From assembly GCA_002633005.1 (NCBI GenBank), contig NMRA01000670.1:134444-198443 (forward strand): a stretch of 64,000 nucleotides of DNA. The letters run 5' to 3'. Within the stretch, counting starts at the first letter, position 1. Each line of letters begins with the position of its first letter. The position numbers and the translations under genes are program-made. The DNA is from Phoronis australis. Taxonomy: Eukaryota > Animalia > Phoronida. Positions 1 through 12,220 of the stretch are shown here, piece by piece. The notes below the pieces were generated by a model, which saw only the letters and a list, made by a program, of their open reading frames with translations, had not been told where the DNA came from and ran no database searches.

Positions 1-687
1 AGTTCTCAAATGTCTTTCTACTGTGAGCTGTTATGGACTAGCTCCCGTTGCCGCAATCGGGGTGTCTCGGTAGACCATCAATTAGCAAGCCAGGGGTCAT
101 CTTGGCTCAGCATTAAGTTTTAGCTGTTCGAACTCTGCATCCCTGTTGGAATTAGGAAGATAAGGACTGGAGGTGACATGACGAAAAATGTATTTAGATG
201 CAAACTCTCTGAACTCCGCGGACGTAAATTGTGGACCATTGTCAGATACGACCTCGGTTGGGACACCGAATCGAGCAAATACGTCTTTCATGCAGCAGAT
301 GACGGCTGTAGCGTTTGTTGAACTGAGGGTGAGAATCTCTATCCAACATGAGTAGTTGTCACACATCACTAGGTAGTTCTTGCTTTTGAAGAAGAACAAA
401 TCAACCCCGAGTCGCTGCCATGGACCCTGAGGCAATGGAGTTGTCATATGAGGTTCACGCTTTTGGGTTGGCTTCTTCGCTGTACAGTGACTACACAATT
501 TAACAGTCCTCTTTATATCATTGGTGATACCAGGCCACCACACACCTAGCTGTGCTCTCTCGAGACACTTTGTCACTCCCTGATGGCCGTCATTGATTCT
601 GTCAAGTATTTCTGGTCTCATACCATGGAGAACAACGATGCACATGTGCATATAGACTCTTCGAGCTTTCAGGAACATCTCTTTCAT
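1..687 (-). pseudogene. Gypsy integrase (frameshifted)
   Basis: ORF 97..687: zinc-binding remnant GHQGVTKC...CSHC, catalytic VDLF, SDNGPQF and NRDAE; integrase-like text continues in another frame to the window edge. Confidence 0.93.
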
Positions 688-875
688 ACTTCGACCAACC
701 AGTTAGGGTGTACACGATGGCTGACCTCAGTACTGGATCATCAGACGTTGCTTTACGAATGTTCATCTTCTTGTCGTGTGTAACTGGCAGGCTTGACTCA
801 ATTTACTGTAAATGTAGTTGAACATCTTGGTCAGTTGAAGAATCTTTTAGGGTGAGAGGGCTTCTTGATAACGCA

Positions 876-2500
876 TCAGACACGTGCATATCCTTTCCTG
901 GGACAATGTGTCGCTGTGGCACCATATCTCATCAGTCTCATTAAAAGCCTCTGGCAGCATAGTTGTACTTCAACCAGGCTATTGGAGTTGATAAGAGGGA
1001 CAAGAGGCTTGTGGTCGGTATATATTGTGACATTGCTGTGCCCACAGATATTGCGTTCAAACTTTTCGCATGCCCACACACTCGCCCAACATTCTTTCTC
1101 AAACTGGGCATACTTCTGTTCACTCTGTGTGAGGGTGCGAGAACAAAAGGCTATTGGCTTAAGAGTGCTGTCCTGCTGCTGTAACAACACACCACCCAGG
1201 CCATAAGAACTGGCATCAGCGCATACAATAATTGGCTTTGTCACATCACTGTAAGACAAGACGGGAGTTGATGCAATAAGCCGTTTCGTCCCTTTAAATG
1301 CTTCTTCTTGGGGCGCATCCCAAGTCCATTGGCGGTCTGACTTCAATAGATCATTTAGTGGACTGGTGACAGAGTTGAGGTCAGGTAGACATGAACCAAG
1401 GTAGTGTACCATTCCCATGAGCTGACGAACTTGAGTGACTGACTTGGGCAGCTGCATGGCTGTAACTTTGCCTGGGTCGGCCCGTATTCCATTCTTACTG
1501 AATAGGTGACCTTAGGAACTTCAGCTCTTCTTTCCTGTACAAGCATTTATCTTTATTAAGCTTCAGGCCAGCTCGGTGAAGGGTTTCAAGGATCTTTGAC
1601 AACCTAGCGTCGTGTTCGGCAGCATTCGCACCATACACCAAGATATTGTCCATATACACAAACATGCCGTCCAGGCCCTCTAGCACTTCTTGCATTTTCC
1701 TCATGAAGATTTCAGGGGCAGAGGTGATGCCGAATCGAAGACGACAAGAAACGATAATGCACAAAAGGGGTAATGAAATTAATTTTAGTCCTGGCTCTCT
1801 TCTGCTAGAGGGATCTGGTAGAAACCACTCGGTGCGTCAAGACATGAGAAAATTGTTGCTCCCACGAGTTTCGAAGTCACATCCTCTAGGATTGGCAGGA
1901 CGAATCTTTCTGGTTGGATGTTCACATTCAACTTCTTTAGATCGACACAGAATCTGACTTTGCCCGTTTCTTTCAAGACAGTTACCATCGGGGCACACCA
2001 TGGCGTAGGTTACAACCTTGATGATTCCAAGTTTGGTAAGACGGTGAATCTCCTCTTTCACGTTCTTCTCAAGTGGAAACGGAATACGTCGAGCTACGTT
2101 TAGGGCATATGGCTGGGCATTCTCCTTCAGGGATATCTTGAATGGGTCAGTATTGAGAAGTTCTATATCTTCAGTAACTCGAACGATAAGGTTCATCTGA
2201 CTGGCCACTCCCCGGCAAAGAAGACTTTCAACTTTTCCATCAACCACCATCACACGAAAATGATAATTCTGTCCCTTGAACACAGTTCTTGGGACGAACT
2301 GTCCTTGACAACTAAGAGGACCGCCAGGGCTTGACAGCTTTTAGTCTTGATATCTTTCAGAGGAGGTCTTGACTTCATCTGGAGATACTGGGAGTACGAC
2401 GTGATGGACACATCAGCACTGGTGTCTATACTGAATGCTTCTGAAGAGTTGCCCAAGGTGAGAGTCACCTTCCAAGCGGGGTCGTTATCATCACAGCTTA
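876..2500 (-). pseudogene. Gypsy pol: protease, reverse transcriptase and RNase H fragments
   Basis: IDTSADVS (protease), VRFCVDLKKLN, LDAPSGFYQI, FGITSAPE, YMDNI (YxDD mutated), ADASSYGLGGVL, YTDHKPL across ORFs 2250..2951, 1837..2283, 1785..1988, 1495..1764 and 876..1457. Confidence 0.93.
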
Positions 2501-2529
2501 AGACGCCTAGGAAGTAGTCAACATTTACT

Positions 2530-3372
2530 GCACCACAGAACTGATCAGCCTGTTGGTCGTCCTCCTCTTCGTAAACTTCATTTACTTTGTTCTTACGGCA
2601 TACGGAGGCGAAGTGACCCTTTTTCGAACAGAACCGACATATTTTCCTTCTGGCAGGGCAGGCTTCAGGCCCAGGGGATCTATGGACGTAACCACAATTA
2701 GGGCATTCCTTCTTCCCCGACTGGTCTCCACTAGATTGCTTGGAGTTGGATTGGCTCTGACGCTGGTGTGATGATTTCTTGGGCGATTTTTTTTTCTGAC
2801 TTTTACCCCCTTTTTTCACAAAACTGACAGATCCACCTTCACTCTGGTTAGACTGGACAAGTTCTTTGTAAAGAGCAGTGTCTATGGCCTTTGAAAGTGT
2901 CATGTTTTCCTGTTCCATTTGAAGATCACGCGACAATTCTTTGTCGGTCATCCCTGAGACAAGACGGTCTCGAATATGCTCATCTTCTTTTTCGCCGAAA
3001 TTACAATGAGCTGCTAGTTAATGTAGACTTCTAACAAATCTTTCAACTGACTCACCCTGCTGTTGGCTACGTTGATAAAATTTTGTTCTCTCATGGATAT
3101 TTTTTTTTGCGTGGAACAAAATAGCCCTCGAATTTCTGCAGAACCGTATTGAAATCGTCTTTTGGATCTGGTGGATTTGGCACCTCCTCTGTTGGAACAG
3201 ATGTTTCAAATTTGAATGACTTGAAGATGTGTTCGGCTGGACGACCCATCGTATACACAAGTGCAGAGACTTGTACATCACCTCCTTCATCCCTGATTTT
3301 CTCTAGAATGTAATATCGCATAAACCTGGTTTTCCGGTCTGGCCATGATGACGATGGTTTCGAGAAATCAAA
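2530..3372 (-). pseudogene. Gypsy gag (Mag-type), N-terminus lost
   Basis: FDFSKP...W...RF, QVSALVYTMG, ERTKFYQRSQQQGESVE; knuckles CPNCGYVH...C and CRFCSKKGHFASVC. Confidence 0.9.
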
Positions 3373-3444
3373 TGCACACACACGCGCATGCGCACGCGCA
3401 CGCACACGCGCACGCGCACGCGCACGCACACACACACACACACA
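3373..3444. repeat. Compound (CA)/(CG) microsatellite
   Basis: About 70 bp of alternating purine-pyrimidine sequence where the gag start would be expected. Confidence 0.95.
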
Positions 3445-3827
3445 GATTGACAGTATACAGTTATACAGTAGTAGTAGATATTGACAGTTCACGAACGAGC
3501 TAGTCTATAGATTTGACGATCAGTGACACGGACAGTAATGACACAAATTTGACTTGACTGATGTGATGACTTGACTTTAAGACTTGACAAGGAAACAGGA
3601 GTCGATCCCACCTTTCCAGTTATCACTTTTGTGCCGACTGACATGCAGGGAATGCTCAATTGACGATATGACAGCTGTGTACGTAGACAATGTGGTCACA
3701 ACAAGCGATGATTTCATCCACAAAAATCTACCTTTTCATTCGACCATCCACCTTCAAACTATAGACCTAACTGTTCTCTGAGGCTTTATCTTTCGTTTTC
3801 AGTGATTTTCATTTAGTATTTCGAAGC

Positions 3828-3845
3828 ATCCAACTCCTGACACCA
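3828..3845 (-). promoter_or_regulatory. Primer-binding site, tRNA-Leu type
   Basis: Plus strand ATCCAACTCCTGACACCA resembles a tRNA-Leu 3' end with CCA; minus strand TGGTGTCAGGAGT directly follows the LTR-terminal AACA. Confidence 0.85.
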
Positions 3846-4011
3846 TGTTTTAAGGCTGCCAAATGAATGATGATAAAACAACGTAGTTTACATGAAACTG
3901 GAAGTACAGTATTCATTTGCTGCGGGATTGACGTCAACAGAAAATGGCGACTGCTATTGGCTAATAAACTCAAAAATACGAAAACTAAAATATATCAATA
4001 ATAATATAACA
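3846..4011 (-). repeat. Putative short 5' LTR
   Basis: Starts TGTTTTA next to the PBS; outer end is ATAACA at 4011 or 4046; the second LTR lies outside the window. Confidence 0.55.
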
Positions 4012-4133
4012 AGTATATTAAGATTTATTTGCAAATACACATAACACTTTGGTTATTATAATTTGGTGGTTGTTTTTTCATCAATGTCTTAAATCAGCTT
4101 TCTGATATAGTGTGATTTTTTTCTTTTTTCCAG

Positions 4134-4454
4134 GTCTTTCACGTGTGATTGGCTGTCATGACAGGGGAAACATCAGACTACAATGCAACATAACTGGACA
4201 AATCATTTCATTTGACTCAATACTCTATGGCTGGAATAAAAACCCAACTGTGTGTGATCTGTCAGCTGGAGGATGTAACAATGGCCCATATTTTGGCGGA
4301 GTGGTCATAGAAGACTTTTTGAAAAATTTCCATGCTCAATGCACAAATAAAACATCATGCAACATTGCAGTACGTCAACAAACAGATCTACTGAAAGACT
4401 GTATGGAAAGTAACAAAACAAGCTATGCAGTAATCTACTATCAATGCATCTCTG
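4134..4454 (+). CDS. Internal exon encoding a SUEL/galactose-rhamnose-binding lectin-like domain
   Basis: Polypyrimidine tract plus ccag acceptor, gtaagt donor, 321 nt, phase 1-1, open frame; 8 Cys with GC..IRLQC..II..ILYG..C..C..C.NKTSC.I..C..SYAVIYYQC pattern. Confidence 0.82.
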
Positions 4455-4665
4455 GTAAGTATCACCATCAGACCTTCCATAAGAAAAATTTTCAAACCCA
4501 AGATTGTTTTTAAGTCATCTCCCCCACTGCTCTAGGACTTGTTGTAATGATTAGTCATTGCTGCACAAGATCATGGTAAGGTATACATACGACTGTGAGC
4601 GTCTCATTCATTAGATAGACACATTCATGATATGATGGGACTGACATTTGTGATAGCCTTCAAAG

Positions 4666-4870
4666 TGTGGGCAGCCATTTTTGCAAAAAACACAAACTTG
4701 AAAATTCAATTCCATGTAAAGAACTCATTACCAGTTGAATGGCAATTCAATCCTATCTTGGAAATTCAATGCTATAACATCAATTCAATTTATAGCTGAA
4801 CTCAATGATGTTTTGTTTATTCTGACCTGTTTTATATGATTTTAATGCTCTTTAATCTTTTCTGTTTCGT
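4666..4870 (+). repeat. Left arm of a diverged long inverted repeat (partner near 13525..13732)
   Basis: tgtgggcagccatttttgcaaaaa...ttcaattccatgtaaagaactca...ttcaatcctatcttg matches the reverse complement of the 13.6-13.7 kb segment. Confidence 0.8.
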
Positions 4871-6177
4871 CTATCCTATCCTATCCTGCTGTGAATTCAA
4901 TCCCGTCTCATGAATTCAATCCAGTTTCGTCCATTCTGTTTCGTCAACCCTAATGACCTATAGGCAAAACCAATAACTATTCTATCCTGTGGTGAATTCA
5001 ATTCCGTTTCATGAATTCAATCCAATTTCGTCGATGCAGTTTCGCCAACCCTAGTGGCATATGGGTAAAATTAATAACTTCTTGTGTTTTATCATGTCGT
5101 GAATTCAATCCTATTTTGTCAATTCTGTTTCGTCGATCTTTAACGACCCATGGACGTTTCAGTTGTCTTAGCACTACGTTGTCTGGTGTGATGCTCGCCA
5201 GAAGCGAAGCACAGGCACTTGAGTTTATATGTTCCTGTTCACCACTGACGTCACTCACTATTAATACATAAAGGTTGGTCACTAACTCGGTTTCCCCAGA
5301 ATTTTCTACTCAAATGTGCATGGAACTCTACGAAATAAGCATCGAACAAATTTTTGAATACCTTCTTTCACTTGATCACATCAAATTACTTTCAAGTGGT
5401 GATTTGGCGACAAAAATGTCAAAAACCACCAAAATCACAAATTCAAGGAGGCTATTTGATGATGTTCGTGGCAGACAACCTTCAAACACATCTGGATTTT
5501 TCATGGACGTTCCCGAAGCAATTTCGAAGCTCTGTTTTAGCACCCTCACATGACTGTTACTGAGTGCCCTCCACATTAATTAGTATCAATTTTAATGCAT
5601 CAAAACTCTAGTTTTGTATCATTATTTGCCCTCTTTGAATTCAGTTTTCTGATTGTTTTGGAAATTCCGTCGCCAATTCAACACTAACAAGGGCAATCAA
5701 TGGTATCAGGGGAAGATAAGGCTTCAGAGGTTTATGCAATACCAGTCTCAGGGAGGTGTAAGCAGATTTTATTTGGGTTTGAGGCAGTTGAAGTTGGGAG
5801 CCTAGGTTCGGTAAAGTTCTAGTGTCCAACCTTCATGTTTCTTATATGGTTAAGAGTCATCGGGAAATTATTCTGCCTGTGAAGCGAAACAAGAACTGCA
5901 TTGTAGTTTCTATTACAATGTAGCAAAGGCAACTGCTCTCCAATATTATTGGTCTTTTGACTATCGAAGTTGACCAGCTTCACAATGTGAACAAACAACC
6001 CAATATACATTTCCTGACTTCCCCAACAAAGTCACATAACTGGATTCTGGCAGCCAATTTGGCTATACTCAGGGACACCGTACTAGGATGGCAAGCTCAA
6101 CAAAGCCTACGATTACATCTACTACGAGACCCACCAGTGCCCACCGGCCGCCAGGTTTGACGAAACTGGATTGAACT

Positions 6178-7757
6178 CACAATAAGAAAAATAAAGTGAA
6201 AATCTCACTGGATTCCAGTGAGATTCCAGTTAGTTTCTCACTAAATCACCCATTATAGTTAGAAATGCCAGTGAGAACCCAGTGGGAATTGAACAGCTGG
6301 GCAGACAGTGAGAAAATAGTGAGAAAATGTTATGTTAGTGAGAATCCAGTGAGAATTTTGGTCTTACGAAACTTCTGAGTGAGAATTGAGTGAGAATTTG
6401 GACTTGCCAAAATTGGAGTGAGAATTCAATGAGACTTTAACAAAAACAAACACTCTGATTGGCTGTTCCTGTGGAAATTTCAGTTGAACCAGATTTCCGA
6501 GTTCAAACTAAAATGGCGCCAGGAATGAGCAGTTACAGAAACAGCTTGAAGATTATTGATGTTATTCTCACAAATATTGTGAAATTACTAAACATTTTGC
6601 CTGCAAGTCAACCAGAGGGGATCCTGGACAGTGTGAGTTAATAAGCTTAAGGTTAGTACATTTCATACTTCTAGTAGATTGCATGAAGCACCAATATTAG
6701 ACTGTCTTCAGCTGAGTTTTTGGTATTTTGCTGATTCACCAAAGGCATTAAAATTGTTAGGGTAAGTCTGCTATATTTCACAATTTGCAAAATTAAATTG
6801 TATCTTTAATCAAATTTCAAGATAAACTCACAAAACAAGCAGTGTTTTGGCTACCAATAAAGCTTTGAACTCTCACATGACGGCGACATCCCGTTGCTCC
6901 CAACTAGTTCGATTCTATAGCCCAACAACAAGTTGGGAAGTTCACCCCGTAGCCAATATCGTACACGACTGATTAACTCCATTCTGACATATATGGTTGG
7001 AGGGCCTGCGCTCTTTTGTTCAATAATTGCTCTAATCTCCGATCAAATCGTATCTAGAATGACTGGGCTGGGCTGATAAAAATGAAAGTTAAGTCATAAC
7101 ATATTTGAGCTTAAACCAATAGCATTTCTGAATGCTTCGTCAAATGCTGATCATGTTCCGTTTTTGAATCACCAAAATTGCCCAACTACAACCGAAGTTA
7201 AGACAATCTATTTTGTCCAAACGGACGCACTGGGTTTGACTGTTCCTACGTGTTGGGTAAAAGTGTGCAACTACCATGCGTTGCCTTTGAAGCCTGGGAG
7301 ATAATTGGCCTGCTTGATATCATACAGGACAAAAGACTGAGCTGGGCAGTTAACAAAAGAGCCAGATGTTATCGCACTTTCAGCACCCCTCACGTCTGGA
7401 AAAGTTACTGAACGATAGAACGCTGTAATGATCTATTCAGTCAGTGGCAATATAAAATGCACACACCGAATTTTCTAAGATTAAAATTCTCACCCAATGA
7501 AATTTTCACCCAGTGAGAATTTCAGTAAAACAAATTCTTACTAATTTGCATAGTATTCTCACTCAGTGGGAATTTCATTAAGACAAATTCTCACTGAGTG
7601 GGAATTCTATGCAAATTAGTTAGATTATCATTGAATTCTAACTGGAATATCACTGTATTCTCACTAGAGTGAGATTTTTCGTAATTTGAATGGCATCTTA
7701 ATTAGTTCGATTCTCACTGGAAACTCCTGGAATATAGTGAGATTCTAAATGGCTGTC
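6178..7757. mobile_element. Non-autonomous CACTA/EnSpm-like element
   Basis: CACAATAAGAAAA start; many GTGAGAAT subterminal repeats at 6.2-6.43 kb mirrored by ATTCTCAC repeats at 7.48-7.75 kb; no TSD found. Confidence 0.55.
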
Positions 7758-7758
7758 T

Positions 7759-7834
7759 ATTTATTTATTTATTATTGTGATATTTAAAATGAGGGTGGCC
7801 TCTTCAGTGATAGCACTGCTTTCCAAGAGGGCCC
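7759..7834 (-). mobile_element. 3' tail of a CR1/L2-type LINE
   Basis: Minus strand GGGCCCTCTTGGAAAGCAGTGC...GAAGAGGCCACCC...(AATA)n tail, cut by the n at 7835. Confidence 0.5.
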
Positions 7835-9790
7835 NTGGTACTTCCCGCTGAAGCTACAGAGTCTGAAAGGACTACTGAACATTTGATGTACTGCATCAAC
7901 TCAAAGATGACAATAACAATGTTCTTGTTATCATAAACACTCTTGTTCCATAGAAAGTTCAATTCCATAATGTTCATACACCCAAGGTTGATGACCTCAG
8001 TTCCACCCATAAAAATATATCCTTCATTGTGACTTCATTCATAGGGTTCCGTATACTTATTGACCAACTCACACATTGATTCACACCTCAAATCTGTCAT
8101 TTCAAGAAAGTTCCCAAAAATTAGGTAACACCAGATTTCACACTGAAGCATTTTCCCTAAAAACAATTGAGCTATTAGATGTCTCTCACACTTTTCAGCC
8201 TTATATGCTTTGATCAAAACCGCGAAGGCAACTTTAAGGGGTCCCAACTATATGTCAGAAAGCCCTATACAACTGGTTAATTTCAACGGATCATTTACAG
8301 TCCCCATTACACTAATGTCGACGTTTTGGGGAGTTGCAGTCAGTATGAACAGCAAATTTCACTTCTGGATCATAGTTAACAGTGCTAGTTAACTTCGCAG
8401 TTCAACAGGTGAACTAACAATAGATGTGTCATGATGGCTCAATAGCTGTTAAATCCACCGCTTTACTCTACAGTTAACTCTCGCTGTTAATTTAGCATTC
8501 AAGACCGAGGTTAAGACGTGTTCCCATTGATTGAAGCTTCGATGTCACCAAAGCTTCAGAGCCAATAAGTTACACTTCACCGAACGGTTGGTTTTAGGCG
8601 TTACTCTTTAGGGTTCCCAATAATAGCCATACACATTTGTGCACCACACACTACCCCCCCCCTTGCAAGCGTACAAAAATAGTGATGTTTTATAAGGTCT
8701 ATTTTTACATATCTAGACTCGTGCTAGCTGCTTGCCAGCTCGCCATTGGCGAATTATGAGTGGCACTGGCAATGGCAGACTATAAGTCTATTCGCCAACT
8801 TGGCGAATGCTTTTGCAACTTGACAACAAAAATTAATTTCGGGAAACCTAATCTTGTGTCAACTCGGCTCGAATCAAGTCGCCACAACATTCTTACTTCG
8901 ATTAAAAGTCCTAGGCTAAAAATAGCAAGCGAATGTTCCATTTCATGTCTGTCACGTCCCCCCCTCCTTGAAATCACTTTTACAGCAATGTTCAACTGTG
9001 TAATGCCCATGTAGCAGGTGTAGGGGGAACCTCTGCCAAACCTTTTAACGTCATAATAAAACCCATGTTGGCTGACATCCCCTCCAACGTATTAGGTTGC
9101 TCTATGACCTTGGGAGTATAGACCATTTTTTTCTGAAGGCAAGTCTTTTCTTACAGTACATTTATGAAAAGGACCTGTGCATAACATGAAAAATAAAAAC
9201 TTCCGTCTATGTAACTGTATTTTTATCATTTGCAGGGGTTGGGAAATGAGACAGTATTTGGCTAATAACTTTTGAAAATGGCTGAAAGCTGCTTCTAGCG
9301 CAAGCCTAATGTATGTATCAAATTATAAATGTACGAGAAAGTTAAATGCCAGCCTTGCCTTTTTCTGTGATATACCGGTAGTATAAAAATATAACATTAG
9401 TTTCAAACAATTCCTTGTGTATGTGTTTCCTCTTAAACTAAATTTGAGTCACATGGGGCGATACAAGGTTGACAACATGTTGATATCGTTGATCCTGGGT
9501 ATAGTTCAGTGGACTTCTCACAGCCAGCGAGAAAAATTAAGCCAAACCATGTGCTCTCATTGAAAATATACAGCAATCTTGCTTTTCTACTTAAAGATCC
9601 TAGGAGGTCCTCTTAAGGTCCTTTCACATTGACGTAACTCCAGTCTGAGCGAAGCGTCGACGTAAACAGCGCAGTTAACCAGACCGTTAATACTGGCTTC
9701 AGTAGTTAAAAAAACATCGAAGTAAGCGGTTGGTGCCACTGTCGTCATCAAAGTTATCGCAAGGTAACGTTGTACGCTAAGATTTTTTCN

Positions 9791-12220
9791 TGCCTACGGG
9801 GTCCCAATACTTGAGGAAATACAGGTAAATTACAGGTAAATTGTGTGAATTTGATGTTTTTGAACTATTTTCTGAAGTGACTGAAATAAAAAAAATATTA
9901 GAAAACCAAAACCTTGGTTGTTTTGTGTTGACAAGTGTCCATAACAATAAGCAAGCACTGGAGTATCACAAAATGAGAAAAAATATCAGAAACTTTGTTA
10001 TAATTTACAGGTATAAAAACGTGAAGACAAATGAATTTGCCTCAGATGGTTGTTCCTTCATTTCTACTTTGATTTCAGTGCTTCTTACTTCTGTTTGAAC
10101 ATGGACTCTATGCATCAATGGAGCAAACTATAATTTCAAAAGCAATTCAGTAATCATGTTTATTTCTTACCTTTACCAGGTAAAAATTAATATAAAGGTG
10201 TAACCAGGTACATAATTATGAACGATTATTTAACACCAGTCATGTGATAGTTTCTACTTTTAGTTAGTTTGCCAAGTTCCTGTCATGAAATATTGTAAAG
10301 CAATTCACTCTGCACAGGGGCACCTCACAAAAAGAGCACATAAATGAAGTCTCGATGGGGTAACCCTTTGGTGTTTTGCGATTGCTCATTACACATTGGC
10401 GACAAACTTTTTTCCTCCCTTGAACTTTTACAATTTTATGATGTCCAATGGCTGCCTGGTTAACAACAACATCTGCGCAGTCCTTCGACCGCCTTCCTGC
10501 TTTACGTTGCCGACACGTAAACCCGTTTACTAGCTGTTCAATTACTTCCATGCGGAACCGCACGGAGTCGTAGTACTTTGGCAAAGGTGGCGCATGATGA
10601 CTCTTCGTACTAAGAATGAATGCATTTACAAGAGACAAATTGACGCAAAACCATACCAAATCGTGCCACCATTTTTTGCATGCTCTGCCTACAGGGTAGT
10701 AAGATCGCATCTGGTCTGACTTATCCACCCCACCCATGAAATCGTTGTAACGCAGATTGACTTCAGGCTTTCCCTCACCCGCGAATGGTTTGTGGATAGT
10801 CGAGAGAAAAGTGAGAGTCCGCTTGTCTTTGTACATAGTAGCTACCATTTCCCCTTTTTGTTTTTGAATAAGATCACCAGTGTTCTTCAGCTTGGCTCTC
10901 TTGAAACAGGCTGGTAAACCTTTGCGGTTATTCATTATTGTCCCACAGGTGTAAGTGCTTTCCAATTTGAGGTGTTCTGCCAGTATCACTGAGGAGAAAA
11001 ATCGGTCGTAGTAAAGATGATGGTGACGTCCACGATATGGTTCGGACAGTGTCCACACCACATCATAGCCAAGGCCGTGTTGCCTCTCTCCATTTTGTTT
11101 TTTACCTGTGTAAACGTCAAAATTGCAGCAGTATCCAGACTTTGACTCACACAGCTCCCAGACCTTTATCCCCCACTTGGTAGGTTTAGCCGGCATATTT
11201 TGACGAAAATGGATTCGCCCTTTGAAGCCGACCATTGCCTCATCCACAGACAATTCACATTCAGGATAGTAATTATTTTTGAAATTCTCAGTAACTGTAT
11301 CTAATAATGGTCTTACTTTATAAAGAGGATCATAACCATCTTCTCCTCGGCGCGGCTGTCCTGAAGTGTCCCTCACATGAAAGTACTGGGTCAACTTTTC
11401 AAAACGGGGGCGGGGCATGATTGAGCTCACGTAAGCATCTCCATATTTTGGGTCAGTACTCCAATAAAACCACATTCGTGGCAATTGTTTCATTCCCATG
11501 ATAATATTTATGGCCAGAAATGCACGAATTTCCTGAGCTGTTGTCGGCGTCCATTTTGTATCGGGCTGTCCTCGACTTGCAGCTACCTGGTCGGCATATC
11601 GATTCGTTTCCTCAGCCCACGACTCCAAGCAATCGGAAGTTATAAACAATTCAAAATAGTCCAAAGCCGTTGCTTCCGCAGGTAAGTTGTGCAATGGACC
11701 CGAATTCTCTGAAAACGGGGGCAAATTGAAGTCCGTGAGCGTTGGGGTCCACGCGGCATTTAAAAATGTCAGATTTTCATCCTCATTTTCCTCGCCGCTT
11801 TCGCTTTCGGATTCACTGCCACTGCTCGAAACATCCGAGACGTCGACGTCCGACTCATTCACAGGTAAATTTCTAGCTAAATGTTCAGCTTTTCGTACAG
11901 ATTCCTCCACTTCTGCATCGGAAAATCCATCAAAATCAGACTCGTCGTTGCTGGACTCCATATTGTTAACAGTAAGTCGTAACTTAACTTTAAACTTTGC
12001 AAAAAGGCAATAAATTTACAGTGAAGCAGAAGACACAAACAAACATGGCCGTCTGATCTATTAATAGACCTATAGTAACAATTCTCGCGATATTTGGACG
12101 AGATTTCTTGTTACCATGGATGCAAAGACCCGGAAGGTGAGTACGGCCGGTTACGGCCGGCCTGGGCCAGGGAAGCGGCCGTTTTGTCGGCCGGTTGCGG
12201 CCGGCGCTGAGTTTAAAGGG
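9791..12220 (-). mobile_element. piggyBac DNA transposon (3' TIR missing at assembly break 9790)
   Basis: Minus strand TTAA|CCCTTTAAACTCAGCGCCGGCC terminus (TTAA at 12221..12224) upstream of a full transposase ORF. Confidence 0.92.
10264..11961 (-). CDS. piggyBac transposase (PGBD4-like), 565 aa, uninterrupted
   Basis: Acidic N-terminus; SVDEAM, YYDRFFSS and GGVDKSDQ catalytic aspartates; KPTKWGIK; C-terminal Cys-rich CRQC...CSFCEVPLC...CF..FH. Confidence 0.96.
   Translation of the reverse strand: MESSNDESDFDGFSDAEVEESVRKAEHLARNLPVNESDVDVSDVSSSGSESESESGEENEDENLTFLNAAWTPTLTDFNLPPFSENSGPLHNLPAEATALDYFELFITSDCLESWAEETNRYADQVAASRGQPDTKWTPTTAQEIRAFLAINIIMGMKQLPRMWFYWSTDPKYGDAYVSSIMPRPRFEKLTQYFHVRDTSGQPRRGEDGYDPLYKVRPLLDTVTENFKNNYYPECELSVDEAMVGFKGRIHFRQNMPAKPTKWGIKVWELCESKSGYCCNFDVYTGKKQNGERQHGLGYDVVWTLSEPYRGRHHHLYYDRFFSSVILAEHLKLESTYTCGTIMNNRKGLPACFKRAKLKNTGDLIQKQKGEMVATMYKDKRTLTFLSTIHKPFAGEGKPEVNLRYNDFMGGVDKSDQMRSYYPVGRACKKWWHDLVWFCVNLSLVNAFILSTKSHHAPPLPKYYDSVRFRMEVIEQLVNGFTCRQRKAGRRSKDCADVVVNQAAIGHHKIVKVQGRKKVCRQCVMSNRKTPKGYPIETSFMCSFCEVPLCRVNCFTIFHDRNLAN

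Larger units (their letters stand above)
1..4011 (-). mobile_element. Decayed Ty3/Gypsy LTR retrotransposon (Mag-like); runs off the window start
   Basis: Minus-strand order gag (two CCHC knuckles) - protease - RT - RNase H - integrase, broken by frameshifts; tRNA-Leu-type PBS next to a short TG...CA LTR. Confidence 0.95.

Noticed and set aside
5560-6170. DIRS tyrosine-recombinase relic on the minus strand
   Set aside because: Similarity is only impressionistic, with many stops and no intact catalytic motif
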